Notes: generated from the sequence alone by a model not told the origin. Positions 1 to 9,135 are shown, numbered from the stretch's first letter. The stretch is DNA of 64,000 nt from an uncultured cyanobacterium (GCA_963749915.1 CAVVOP010000011.1:1-64000); one strand, 5' to 3'. Numbers and translations: made by a program.

Positions 1-190
1 CTTTCGTGGTTTGGGTTTGCCATGCGGGAATAGGCAATACCTCTGTTAATATAAGCATTAACATTATTACGATCAAGTGTGATCGCCTTAGTATAATCAT
101 CAATGGCCAGATTGTATTCTTTCTGCCTGAAGTAAATAACACCCCTGTTTACATAAACATTGGCTTTTTTGGCATTATTGGAACTTTTAG
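1..190 (-). pseudogene. TPR-repeat protein fragment, 5' part removed by IS end; runs off window edge
   Basis: Manual minus-strand translation KSSNNAKKANVYVNRGVIYFRQKEYNLAIDDYTKAITLDRNNVNAYINRGIAYSRM matches the TPR consensus; abuts an IS terminal repeat at 191. Not in the ORF track. Confidence 0.8.
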
Positions 191-301
191 CCCACATTTC
201 GCACGTCACTTTGTAAGATGATAAAAGTATTAAAACCAAGCAACTTATTTTGGACAAAATATAAGTAATAATACTCAATATCTTCTTTATTTATGGTATT
301 A

Positions 302-715
302 AGTAATTGGACAAAATTATTTACATGATACTAATATAAAGTAAGCGTAATTATAGTAAGTGTAGCGATCGTGAAACGGCGCTGCGCGATCGCAAAAGGT
401 GACGGTCAGCATACACGAGGCTGTTTCACGATGTCAAAGATACGCGGTGTGAGTGTAAAAGAAGAAAATTTAGGTACTATTTGTGCTCAAATGTTGGTAG
501 AATAAGCCTTTAATAACTAATCACAATTTTTCTAGTTGAGAATTAAGTCAATAATGAGTCGAGAGTTTAATCAAGAAACAATCAAACTATTAAAACGGAT
601 ACATTCTCAAAGTCGTCACTTTCAGGTACGAAAGAGGGCTCATTGTTTATTTATTACTCAGAAACAAAGGCTTTACCATTGCACAATTAGCTGTAATTAA
701 TTTTGTCTAAGTACT
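302..715 (+). mobile_element. Internally deleted IS630-family element
   Basis: TIRs AGTAATTGGACAAAATTATTTACA / AGTACTTAGACAAAATTAATTACA (21/24), TA on both sides (300-301, 716-717). Contains IS630-like N-terminal remnant MSREFNQETIKLLKRIHSQSRHFQVRKRAHCL from 554. Confidence 0.75.
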
Positions 716-717
716 TA

Positions 718-1179
718 TTGCCTCATTTGTATCAAGAAAATTTGAAAAAACAATTTAATTTTTCTGAATACTTAACTCTTTGTATTTTGCTAAACTTATT
801 ACATAATCTTAAAAATGTCCGACTAGAAGAAATAGCTCGTCGTTTCCCATATCCGATAAAATTAAGAAGTAGAATTAAAAAGTTACAAAGATTTTTGAGC
901 CTGAAAAAATGGACTATAGAGCAAGTTTGGTTTCCTATAATTAAGTCCTTAATTTCTGATTCATATTCAGAAAATAATTTTATCTATTTAGTTATAGATA
1001 GAACACAATGGGGAGTCATTAACATTTTAATGGTCAGCATCATTCATAATAATCGTGCTATACCGATTTATTTTGATTTATTAAATAAAAAAGGAAGTAG
1101 TAATTTTCAGGAACAAAAAGAAGTATTAGAACCAAGTTTAAATTTATTAAAGGAATATAAAATAGTAGTATTGGGGTAA
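718..1179 (+). pseudogene. IS4-family transposase, N-terminal fragment
   Basis: LPHLYQENL...RIKKLQRFLS...YLVIDRTQW...RAIPIYF...KIVVLG is typical of cyanobacterial IS4 transposases. It stops just before the second catalytic Asp (GDREF), at a GTAACCGTTCAC motif (1176-1187). Confidence 0.85.
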
Positions 1180-1279
1180 CCGTTCACTCCCCCCATTTGT
1201 AGAGTATTCTTTTTTTTAGAAATGGGAGTTTTTTGTTCGCGAGAGTCAAACGCGAACTTTACTCAGAGTGATGATCTAT

Positions 1280-1533
1280 CCCACATTCCGCACGTCAATT
1301 TGCACTATGCCATGTAATACCTTAACGCCTTGTTTACAAAATATTCCCCAAGTAATAAAACAACGAAATTGAGATTAAACAAATATAAATACTGTAAAAA
1401 TCTGTATATGGCGATGCCAAAGGCACAGCGAAGCTGCCCGCAAAAAACAATAAATATATGTATTACCTATAGTAAAGTTGCGTAAAAGTCATTAAAATAT
1501 GATTGTTTTCTAAAAGAACATGCGGAATGTGGG
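1280..1533. mobile_element. 254-bp MITE with IS1634-type ends
   Basis: CCCACATTCCGCA at 1280 and TGCGGAATGTGGG ending 1533; non-coding interior. Confidence 0.7.
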
Positions 1534-1641
1534 TTATAAGCTAGAGAACTAATCACCGAGTATTTCTTGTCGTAGTCAATCACTGTTCAACCTCTAACCT
1601 CGTAATCTGAATTTATACAAGTTTGACGTGCGGAATGTGGG

Positions 1642-2443
1642 TTCTGAAATAGCCATGACCGACATCTATGGCAATAGATAAAGTGGTCAAGTCTGGCTAC
1701 TTCATCTACTTCTCCACCAATGGGGATAATCGGGGGAATTTCACCTCCTGTTTCTTCTTCTGGAATTGGAATACTGGCGGTGATGCAGATAGAGAAGTTC
1801 CTGCTGTTGAGTTAGGCAAAATATTGACCAGTTTGTGAATTTGGCGGTCTGTTTGATACAACTTGAAGAGTTGAGCTCCGCTCATTTCTGCAACATGACC
1901 TTCTGGATCGTCCCAAATACGAACCCAAGTTGCAGCATCAACAGTATCTGAATTGTCTATTACTATATCCACAAGATCCGGATTGGCTTGGACTTTTGCT
2001 AATAAGGCTTCAGTTTCTGGCAGGATGTTGAGTATGGTATCGGCATAGCCCACTGTAGGAGTATATATAGAGCCGATAAAGCGGATGTAGTCTTCAGCAG
2101 TCTGATTGTGCTTGCGCCAGCCCCTGTAAGGAGAACGGCCAATAAACCGCCAATAACCCCTGATGAAGTTTTCCAAACTGGTAAATTTACAATACAGCTC
2201 GCATCCATCATGAGCACAATATTCTACAGGTGTTGCTGCTCCTAGAGAGTTACCTGATGTCGCCCGCATTTCCTCTCGCCACTTCAAGCCTCCAAAATTG
2301 AAATGTTCCCGGGCTAAATCACTGGGATTGCGTCCTGCTTCTAAGACCCACTGTGCCAAAGTTATGGCCTTGAGGTGGGGAAATTCAATATCAGGACTGA
2401 GATTGATATAAGTTTGAGCCAACTTCTTAAATAAAGGGTGCAT
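1642..2443 (-). pseudogene. GH73/glucosaminidase-like peptidoglycan glycosidase fused to a truncated Amidase_3 domain
   Basis: LAQWVLEAG...NFGGLKW...YCKF.SLE.FI.GYW motif. The ORF track stops at 1706, but the same frame resumes as PDLTTLSIAIDVGHGYFR (Amidase_3 Zn-ligand motif) up to the IS end at 1641. Confidence 0.7.
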
Positions 2444-2486
2444 AATAGTCCTCCAATTTATTTATCGTTATTACAGGGATTAATCA

Positions 2487-4154
2487 TCAGGCCAATTGTC
2501 CGCTAGATGAGGGATTAAACGCTAGAGTATCAAGATCTGTTCGGTAGATTCCAAGTTTATGAACCTCTTCGGGGAGCCTCGGCCAGATGTGGCATTCGCT
2601 CTCAAAGGTTCGCCAAAGTTGCGGGGTAAGGCGGAAAACTCGCTCTTGGACACAGGACGTTCCTGCAAAATGTTGTTGCATTCTTTGATTGACGTGCTGA
2701 TTTAAGAGAGCAAAAACTCTTCGAGTTGTGGCTGGGTCTGAATATCCGTCGTAATGGTAAAAGGTGATATTAGTCTCCCTTTCTAGCTTATTATGGAAGC
2801 TTTCCGGTTCTTCCTTTCTTTGAGCTTCTTTGTAGCCGTTGGCAAAGACATCATGGGCAACAGATTCTAGATAAAGTTGTTTCTGAGCAACGGGATTGTC
2901 AGCATGGAAGATAATCTTAGCCACGGCTAAAGTTGAACCGACACAATTGCCAAAAGTACCCCAGGAACCGAAGGCTAGCAAATCACAATAGGGAAGAACT
3001 GACTCAGCATTCCAAGCCCCATTAAAAAGTCTTCCATCAACGATGACCAATTTACTGCGTTGCTCTGAAGAATAGTTTCTGTATTGAGCCAGGAATTGAT
3101 CATCTAACTGAGCTTGTTTTCGGTCGTCCTTTTGGTAGTCATTAATTCTGCCATCTTGACGACGAGTTAGGATAGCTACCTCGAAATCCCAATTAGTTTC
3201 TGATTCTTCTAGACCAACTGCTGGCAATTTGCCAGCAACAACTTCCCTCGGCCGTCGTCTTGCATCGTAGTGGAGTTGAGTATCATCATTGGCAATCTTA
3301 ATACGCACCTTGGTTAAGGGAAGAGTTTGGGCCATCGCCATTGCGACTAATTCATCAGCCCCCCATGTAATCGGCTGTTTTATCGCCGAGAGATTGTATT
3401 GGTCAAGGAGAGAATGAAGTCTTTCTTGGACTTTTTTACGCACATCTTCAGCGGCTTGACTTGGAGAATCGCCCATGGCACAGACGACAGCAGAAATTTT
3501 CCGGTTCATCGACTGTAATAGGCGAATAGATTGCTCAAGTCGCCAAAGCTCTTTGTTGTGCCTTTCCTTTGCCCAGTCAGGATAATAAGAAGCGCCTCCA
3601 ATACCAACAAAGGATTGGATCAGAACGGCTTTGTCAAAATGAGAAATGGTGGGTAGATAGTCTTCGGGATATTGCACCAATCGCTCGGCGATAATGAACG
3701 CCGTATCCTTGACGGGAAGAAGTTTAACAAGTTGTTTGACCAAAGAATCTGTCTGTCTTCTCGGACTGAGAACGAAAACAGGACAAATTCGTTCTGAGCG
3801 ATTATCTCTTCCATTAGCAGGAATACCCAGTCCAACTCCATCCTGTTCCGTGGGTTGATGGTAAACTTTAAATCGAGTGTTGTTTTTAATCTCCTCCAAA
3901 ATTGTCTCTGTGGTTGGAGAGCTAGTAATAATTGTCACATGGGGAATGTAAGCAAACCATTTTGTTACTCTATTAACGGGCGAGGTAAGTTCTAATTCCC
4001 AGTGATTGTTGGCAGCAGATTTATAGCTGTTAATCTCAAGTGTCTCTCCTGCATCTAAGGAGAATTTCTCTGTGGGGTCTGTAATCTGACTGCTATCAAT
4101 AGTTGATTGTTTAATGACAGTATTGACTTTTGCTTTTATTTTTTCAGTTACCAT
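2487..4154 (-). CDS. DUF4127-like protein with N-terminal cyanobacterial SH3-like module
   Basis: Intact 555-aa ORF. GADE and WGTFGNCVGSTLA resemble the DUF4127 GADE / W(N)T.GN..G..LA motifs. The first ~75 aa (NTVIKQSTIDSSQI...KWFAYIPHVTI) resemble the module on cyanobacterial cell-wall hydrolases. Confidence 0.6.
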   Translation of the reverse strand: MVTEKIKAKVNTVIKQSTIDSSQITDPTEKFSLDAGETLEINSYKSAANNHWELELTSPVNRVTKWFAYIPHVTIITSSPTTETILEEIKNNTRFKVYHQPTEQDGVGLGIPANGRDNRSERICPVFVLSPRRQTDSLVKQLVKLLPVKDTAFIIAERLVQYPEDYLPTISHFDKAVLIQSFVGIGGASYYPDWAKERHNKELWRLEQSIRLLQSMNRKISAVVCAMGDSPSQAAEDVRKKVQERLHSLLDQYNLSAIKQPITWGADELVAMAMAQTLPLTKVRIKIANDDTQLHYDARRRPREVVAGKLPAVGLEESETNWDFEVAILTRRQDGRINDYQKDDRKQAQLDDQFLAQYRNYSSEQRSKLVIVDGRLFNGAWNAESVLPYCDLLAFGSWGTFGNCVGSTLAVAKIIFHADNPVAQKQLYLESVAHDVFANGYKEAQRKEEPESFHNKLERETNITFYHYDGYSDPATTRRVFALLNQHVNQRMQQHFAGTSCVQERVFRLTPQLWRTFESECHIWPRLPEEVHKLGIYRTDLDTLAFNPSSSGQLA

Positions 4155-4171
4155 AATATAATCACCTCATT

Positions 4172-4786
4172 TTAGCGAAATAGGAATTTAGGAGCTTCGA
4201 TTAGCGTCGAAAGTCGAAATTCGGCTTTCTCTTGGCAGCCTTGAAATGAGATGGAGCCATCAGGCATAAGGGCTCCACAGAGATAGGCCGTTTCTAAGTT
4301 AATTGCACCACTGAGATCCGTACCAGTTAGGTTAACGCGACTCAAATTTGCGTTGGTTAGAATGGTTCCGGTTAAGTTAACTTCCATCATGTCTGCGGCA
4401 GTTAGATCCACATTGCTAAGGTTAGAGTTGGCGAGGTTAGCTCCATTTAAATTTGTCCACGACAGAATAGCATTTTCTAAGTTGCAATGACTCAGATCCG
4501 CAGCACCTAATGAAGCTCGTCCTAAGTTGATTTCTTTCAAATTGGAATGGCTTAAATTTGTTTCAAACAAGAAAGAACTACTTAAGATAGCTTCCTCCAA
4601 GTTAGCACGGCTCAGATTCTTATGGCTTAGGTCAGATAGAGCTAGATAGCAGCCAGGACAAGATTTAGTTTCTAGAAGTTGCCGAATTTGTTCTTGATTT
4701 TCTGCTCTAAAAGCGTGGGAAAATTCAATTCTAGTTCCTAGAAGAATCGCTAGAAGAGCTATAGTATTCATTAAATTGACACTCAC
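4172..4786 (-). CDS. Pentapeptide-repeat protein with probable signal peptide
   Basis: Hydrophobic N-terminus, QLLETKSCPGCYL cap, A(D/N)Lxx repeats, LCGALMPDG end; AGGAG SD upstream of GTG. Confidence 0.9.
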   Translation of the reverse strand: MSVNLMNTIALLAILLGTRIEFSHAFRAENQEQIRQLLETKSCPGCYLALSDLSHKNLSRANLEEAILSSSFLFETNLSHSNLKEINLGRASLGAADLSHCNLENAILSWTNLNGANLANSNLSNVDLTAADMMEVNLTGTILTNANLSRVNLTGTDLSGAINLETAYLCGALMPDGSISFQGCQEKAEFRLSTLIEAPKFLFR

Positions 4787-4912
4787 CTTGAACTTCTCCT
4801 CCTAAATTCACTCAGATAAATGCTTTTAGAAAAGTGATAGTTCTCCAGGTTATGAAAGAGTCATCACTATAACTAAGTCATCATTTTTCTCCTGACTCCC
4901 AAGATCATTAAC

Positions 4913-5617
4913 CTAACCGACACTACGATAGGCAATAATCGAACGAGAACGCGGACCAGATCCGATATTACGAGTCTTTTTCTGACCGTAGTTATCTAAT
5001 ACCCATGCGTACTTTTTCGAGCCATCAGTGTACTTACGAAATACGTAGACGTGAGACCAGGTTCCAGCTATATTCGAGGTCTTTTTGTCAGTAAATACAA
5101 CATCTCCCGGTTTGAGTTGGCGCATATCGGTGATTTTATGCCAACCCAAACTTTTCAACTGGGCTTCTACTTCATTGGTAATAAGTACTTGAGTAACCTT
5201 GATTCCAAACATTTTGAGTGCCGTAGAACAATAGGCTGCACAACCATAGGGTTGTGACCAAAATTTTCTTGCCTCGTCACGTATCTGTTGATAGTTATTG
5301 AAATAGTAATTCGCAAATTGCTGACCTTGCTGACTTGCCATGAGCTCAAATTTTCCGCCAAGAGCTTCCCAAGTTTCTTTTCCTACTTCACCATCAACTT
5401 TAAGGTTCTTTTCCTTTTGAAAAGCGATGACAGCAGCTTCGGTATTATTTCCAAAATCATTATCAATTCCTTTGGGATCAAAACCAAGGTCAGTCAGTGC
5501 TTTTTGAAGTTCAGTTACATCTTCTCCTTTACATCCGTGCCTTAAGATACGTCGGAGAATAGGAAGTTCCCCTCCTTTTTTGATTCGAACTGTACTTGCA
5601 CTCGAATCCCATTCCAC
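4913..5617 (-). CDS. Peptidoglycan-binding domain + papain-like (NlpC/P60/CHAP-like) peptidase, probably 5'-truncated
   Basis: LRHGCKGEDVTELQKAL...DNDFG..TEAAV.AFQ...L.VDG.VG.ETW is PG_binding_1. C-terminal GCAAYCS..L / PGDVVF / SHV / DN gives a Cys-His catalytic pattern. Confidence 0.75.
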   Translation of the reverse strand: MEWDSSASTVRIKKGGELPILRRILRHGCKGEDVTELQKALTDLGFDPKGIDNDFGNNTEAAVIAFQKEKNLKVDGEVGKETWEALGGKFELMASQQGQQFANYYFNNYQQIRDEARKFWSQPYGCAAYCSTALKMFGIKVTQVLITNEVEAQLKSLGWHKITDMRQLKPGDVVFTDKKTSNIAGTWSHVYVFRKYTDGSKKYAWVLDNYGQKKTRNIGSGPRSRSIIAYRSVG

Positions 5618-5981
5618 TTCAATAGTAGAAAGCTATCCTATTGCCCCAATAAATTCCCCAGTTTTTGGTACCTTTTGTTTATGCAGTTTATGCAGTTTTT
5701 GTCTTTTCTGACGCAGAGTTTCAGGAACGTTCTGCTCTGACCATTCCAGCAGTTCTTGGTGTGAAGACTCTCGGAGAAGTTCAGGGATGGAATCTCGCTC
5801 AAGATGAGCGCACAGAGCCGGAATCAGAAGAGCACTGCGGTTAATTTCTGGGGAAGGAGATCGTGACAGGGCGTATTTAAATTTACCAAACAGTGATTCG
5901 ATGATGTCGCTGCTGACTAACAGAGGGATGTCTTCAACTGAACCCAGTCGGCGTTGAATGGCCATCTGCTGATTCAACCAT

Positions 5982-6238
5982 CTGGGGGGGCGACAAGTCT
6001 TCTACAATTCTTATATAATAAGGCTTTTGAGCATTAATCCTTGAAAAGATCGGATACGCGATCGCTTCATAATTTTACGAGAGAATGAGGTTTTCAAGGA
6101 CGGCGGTCTCGCTTTGCGAGTGCCACTGCATCGCTTCTAAGGGTCTCAAAAACTCTTACATGAGGCTGATCTTCCCGAAGCCTAGAGGGTTGTAAAGCTT
6201 GCGATTAAAGACTTTGAGCCTAGTTGTCGCCCCCTCAG
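5982..6238. mobile_element. 257-bp MITE, probably IS4-derived
   Basis: TIRs CTGGGGGGGCGACAA / CTGAGGGGGCGACAA (14/15); perfect 9-bp target duplication TTCAACCAT (5973-5981, 6239-6247). Confidence 0.85.
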
Positions 6239-6522
6239 TTCAACCATTCATCAAGGGCTTTTTTGACTTTAACCTCAGTTAATCCAGTCAATAGACCTCT
6301 GGTTGAGTTATAGGTCTTGGAAGTTAAGCCCTGATGTTTTAACCCACATTCCGCACGTCAAACTGTATAAATTCAGATTACGAGGTTAGAGGTTGAACAG
6401 TGATTGACTACGACAAGAAATACTCGGTGATTAGTTCTCTAGCTTATCAAGAGAACTCAGATAAATTAGTAGAAAAATGAGCAACGTTTAAGGGATAATT
6501 AAATTCAGTTTTTAATTTAATT

Positions 6523-7293
6523 TTGGAAATGATGTTTTCAGAAGATATACAAGTTCAAACCATTAATCATTTAGGATTAATTGCTGGAGTTATAGATGAA
6601 ATTGGCATTGAAGAAATTATTAATGATGCCCTCGGTATTGACGAGAGGGAAATCGTGACAGCAGGTCAAATAGTCAAAGCAATTATTCTGAACGGATTAG
6701 GATTTATTTCTCGACCTCTTTATCTATTTCCACAGTTTTTTAAAGACAAAGCCACAGAACATTTAATCGGAAAAGGAATACTACCTGAGCATTTGAACGA
6801 TGATAGAATTGGAAGAATAATGGATAAACTTTATGAAAAAGGATTATCTTCATTATTTTTAATTATTGCTTTAGCCACAGTAAAAAAATATAATATCAAC
6901 ATAGATTTTTCTCATTTAGATTCAACTTCTTTTGCGGTAGAGGGGAAATATAGTCAGGAAAAAATCACCAAAAATTTGGTGAAAGAAAATGCAGAATTAG
7001 AGTTAATTAATCAAATTCCAATTAGGATAATTAAAGGTTATTCCCGTGACCATCGACCAGATTTAAAACAATTTATTTTGGATTTAATTGTGAGTAGTGA
7101 TGGTGATATTCCTTTATTTTTAAGAGTAGCAGATGGCAATGAAAATGATAAAGCAGTTTTCGGCAAAATAGCGAAAGAATACAAATCAATGATAGATTTT
7201 GAGACGATGATAGTGGGTGATAGTGAACCGATTATAATACAGAAAATGAACCTGAAATTAATTGTAGTAGGAGATAGGGAATGGTTGCTCTGA
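6523..7293 (+). pseudogene. IS1634 transposase, N-terminal half
   Basis: NHLGLIAG..DEIG, ILNGLGF..RPLYLFPQFF, HLDSTSF, GYSRDHRPDLKQF, DGNENDK motifs; degenerates after MIVGDS. Confidence 0.85.
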
Positions 7294-7790
7294 GAGTTAG
7301 CCAAGCGGTTATCAGTAAAGAAGCAAATTTAGTTATCAGAACGTTTCAAAAAGAGTGACTATGTGGAGTTTAGAAACGGATATTTATGGTATGAAGTAAG
7401 TGAATAAGGTTTATGTCCAGGGATATCTACGGTATATTGATCAACGAATAAAAGTAACAAAAACCAAGGGATTTTCAGGAATTAATTTAGCCGCAAAGTG
7501 GAAAAGAAATTATGGTGATGAAATCTAGCAAAGAACCATGGTTTATTTTAACAAATTTAGAAAATATGTCGGAAACAATCTTCGCTTATTCGAAAAGAAC
7601 GGGGATTGAAGAAATGTTTAGAGATTTGAAATTAGGAGGATATAATTTAGAGGAGCACAAAAGTTGAAAATGAACGACTAATTTCTTTAATTCATACTAA
7701 TAACATTATCCTACAGCTATTCAACATTTATAGGGGAAGAAATTAAAAGAAAAGGAATAAATGAATATTTAGTTCGCAAGTACAGAAAGA
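7255..7790 (+). pseudogene. IS4 transposase, frameshifted C-terminal fragment
   Basis: Manual translation: VVGDRE...KVTKTKGFSGINLAAKWKRNY...EPWFILTNL...AYSKRTGIEEMFRDLKLGGYNLE (YREK-type motif). Confidence 0.75.
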
Positions 7791-8797
7791 AGAAAGAAGA
7801 TATTGAGTATTATTACTTATATTTTGTCCAAAATAAGTTGCTTGGTTTTAATACTTTTATCATCTTACAAAGTGACGTGCGGAATGTGGGTTTTAAGATC
7901 TGGAGAAAGCTATTGACCCTCTGCATAGTCTGGTTGAATTTGGACAGAAAAGGTTCTACTGATAGAAACTCAGGCAAATAGCTGCACGAAGTTGCTTAAC
8001 CTCCAAATCATCTGGGACACTCTGGTCAGTCTGGAAAATCCCCAACCCAAGATTTGGACCGCCCATGATGTTACTCGACTAATGCCCTGAAACCTGCCCT
8101 TGCTCCGCAGCTTCGGAGGAATGAGATAACCGATAGAAGTCTGTCTCATCCTGGCCGCTCCTTGATTAATAATCTCTTTGAATTGACGAAAAGGCTCTGT
8201 GTCTTCAAATTGTTTTTTCAGTGCATTAGCTACTATATGACTGAGATCATCAATGGTGGGAATATTACTCTTGTAGTTATTCTCTTTCCACAGAGACACT
8301 CCTTTGGCGAGATCGCTTCCTTTATCTTTCAGGATTGCTACCGGGTCTCCTGTCTGCTTAAAAATGCTCTCAAGTGCTGCACTGACTACTTCTCCCGTGG
8401 CTGAGTCGTGAATTTTTAGCCCGACACACTCACACTCAGTTAGGGTGAGAGCTTTCCCTTTGTCTCTGAGTTTAGTTAGCGGAACTCTTAACACTACTAG
8501 CACTTTGTTCTTGCCGATTGCTAGAGAATAATCAATGATGGCAATCCAGGGTTCGGCTACTTTTCCCACTCGCTTCCATAAGGACAGCCCCACTCGCATT
8601 GTCCAATTGAGCACAGAGGTAAAATGAGGAATCCAACCGTCCTCACTCAGAATATTAAGTATCTTCGGTACAGCTCGAAACGGAATCATGGTTGACAGCA
8701 TGATCAACACAGATAAGGCCCTCGTTTCTGATGCTTCCCTCAGCTGAATAATCTTACTGTTTTGAGCTGAGGGGGCGATTTTTCAGCCTCCCTAATT

Positions 8798-8949
8798 GGT
8801 TCATGGCGGAGCTCCCCACATTCTTTGACTCTCCGCTATTTTTTCAAATTTTGACCCTCTTTTGAGTATTTCCGTTACAAAATTCAAAATTCAGTCCAAT
8901 TATCGGGAAATATTTTGCTCCCCAAAAATTCGGATTTCGACAGCCTACC
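8798..8949. repeat. 152-bp dispersed repeat (MITE-like, possibly ISL3-related), copy 1
   Basis: Identical to 51866-52017 except one base; GGTTCATGGCGGA...TTTCGACAGCCTACC. Confidence 0.85.
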
Positions 8950-9135
8950 TCCTGCCTTACCACCGCCGACAATTATATTTTCCAAAAACCTAAATTTTTA
9001 GAGCTTTTAGCAAAGGTGCAAGATCTCAGTATGAGCCAATCATTAAATATTATGATATTGATCCGATACAATAGACAATTATTGACAAAAACCGATCATA
9101 ATTAGAAAAAGGGATATAGAATCAGTACAACAAGA

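Larger units (their letters stand above)
191..1641 (-). mobile_element. IS1634-type shell (both ends, no own transposase) filled with nested IS debris
   Basis: TIRs CCCACATTTCGCACGTCA (191) and TGACGTGCGGAATGTGGG (1624-1641). 191-290 matches 54308-54408 and the reverse complement of ~7795-7890; 1537-1641 is the reverse complement of 6343-6447. No target duplication seen. Confidence 0.75.
6343..7890 (+). mobile_element. IS1634-family element with chimeric interior
   Basis: Perfect 18-bp TIRs CCCACATTCCGCACGTCA; 6-bp duplication TTTTAA (6337-6342, 7891-7896). Confidence 0.85.
5633..8790 (-). pseudogene. Unclassified DDE transposase split by two insertions and frameshifts
   Basis: Fragments 7970-8710 (WIAIID...ILKDKGSDL..G...DDLSH) and 5633-5977 (SSDIIESLFGKFK) join through 7897-7970 and 6239-6342 once both insertions are removed (FLQILK|HQGL...LDEWL|NQQ). 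Left boundary approximate. Confidence 0.65.

Noticed and set aside
6..221. Plus-strand 71-aa ORF
   Set aside because: Antisense shadow of the TPR fragment.
293..720. ATG 293 as the IS4 transposase start split by the IS630 element (MVL|LPH)
   Set aside because: The same TATGGTATTA occurs at ~54519 inside the IS1634 3' region, so the left flank belongs to IS1634.
191..7890. Composite transposon of inverted IS1634 copies carrying the hydrolase cassette
   Set aside because: The 6343-7890 copy has its own TTTTAA duplication inside another transposase, so it inserted independently. The outer flanks (TTTTAG vs TTTTAA) do not match exactly.
8767..8778. CTGAGGGGGCGA as another IS4-type TIR
   Set aside because: 12-bp match with no partner end or TSD; lies within the transposase remnant and may be chance.
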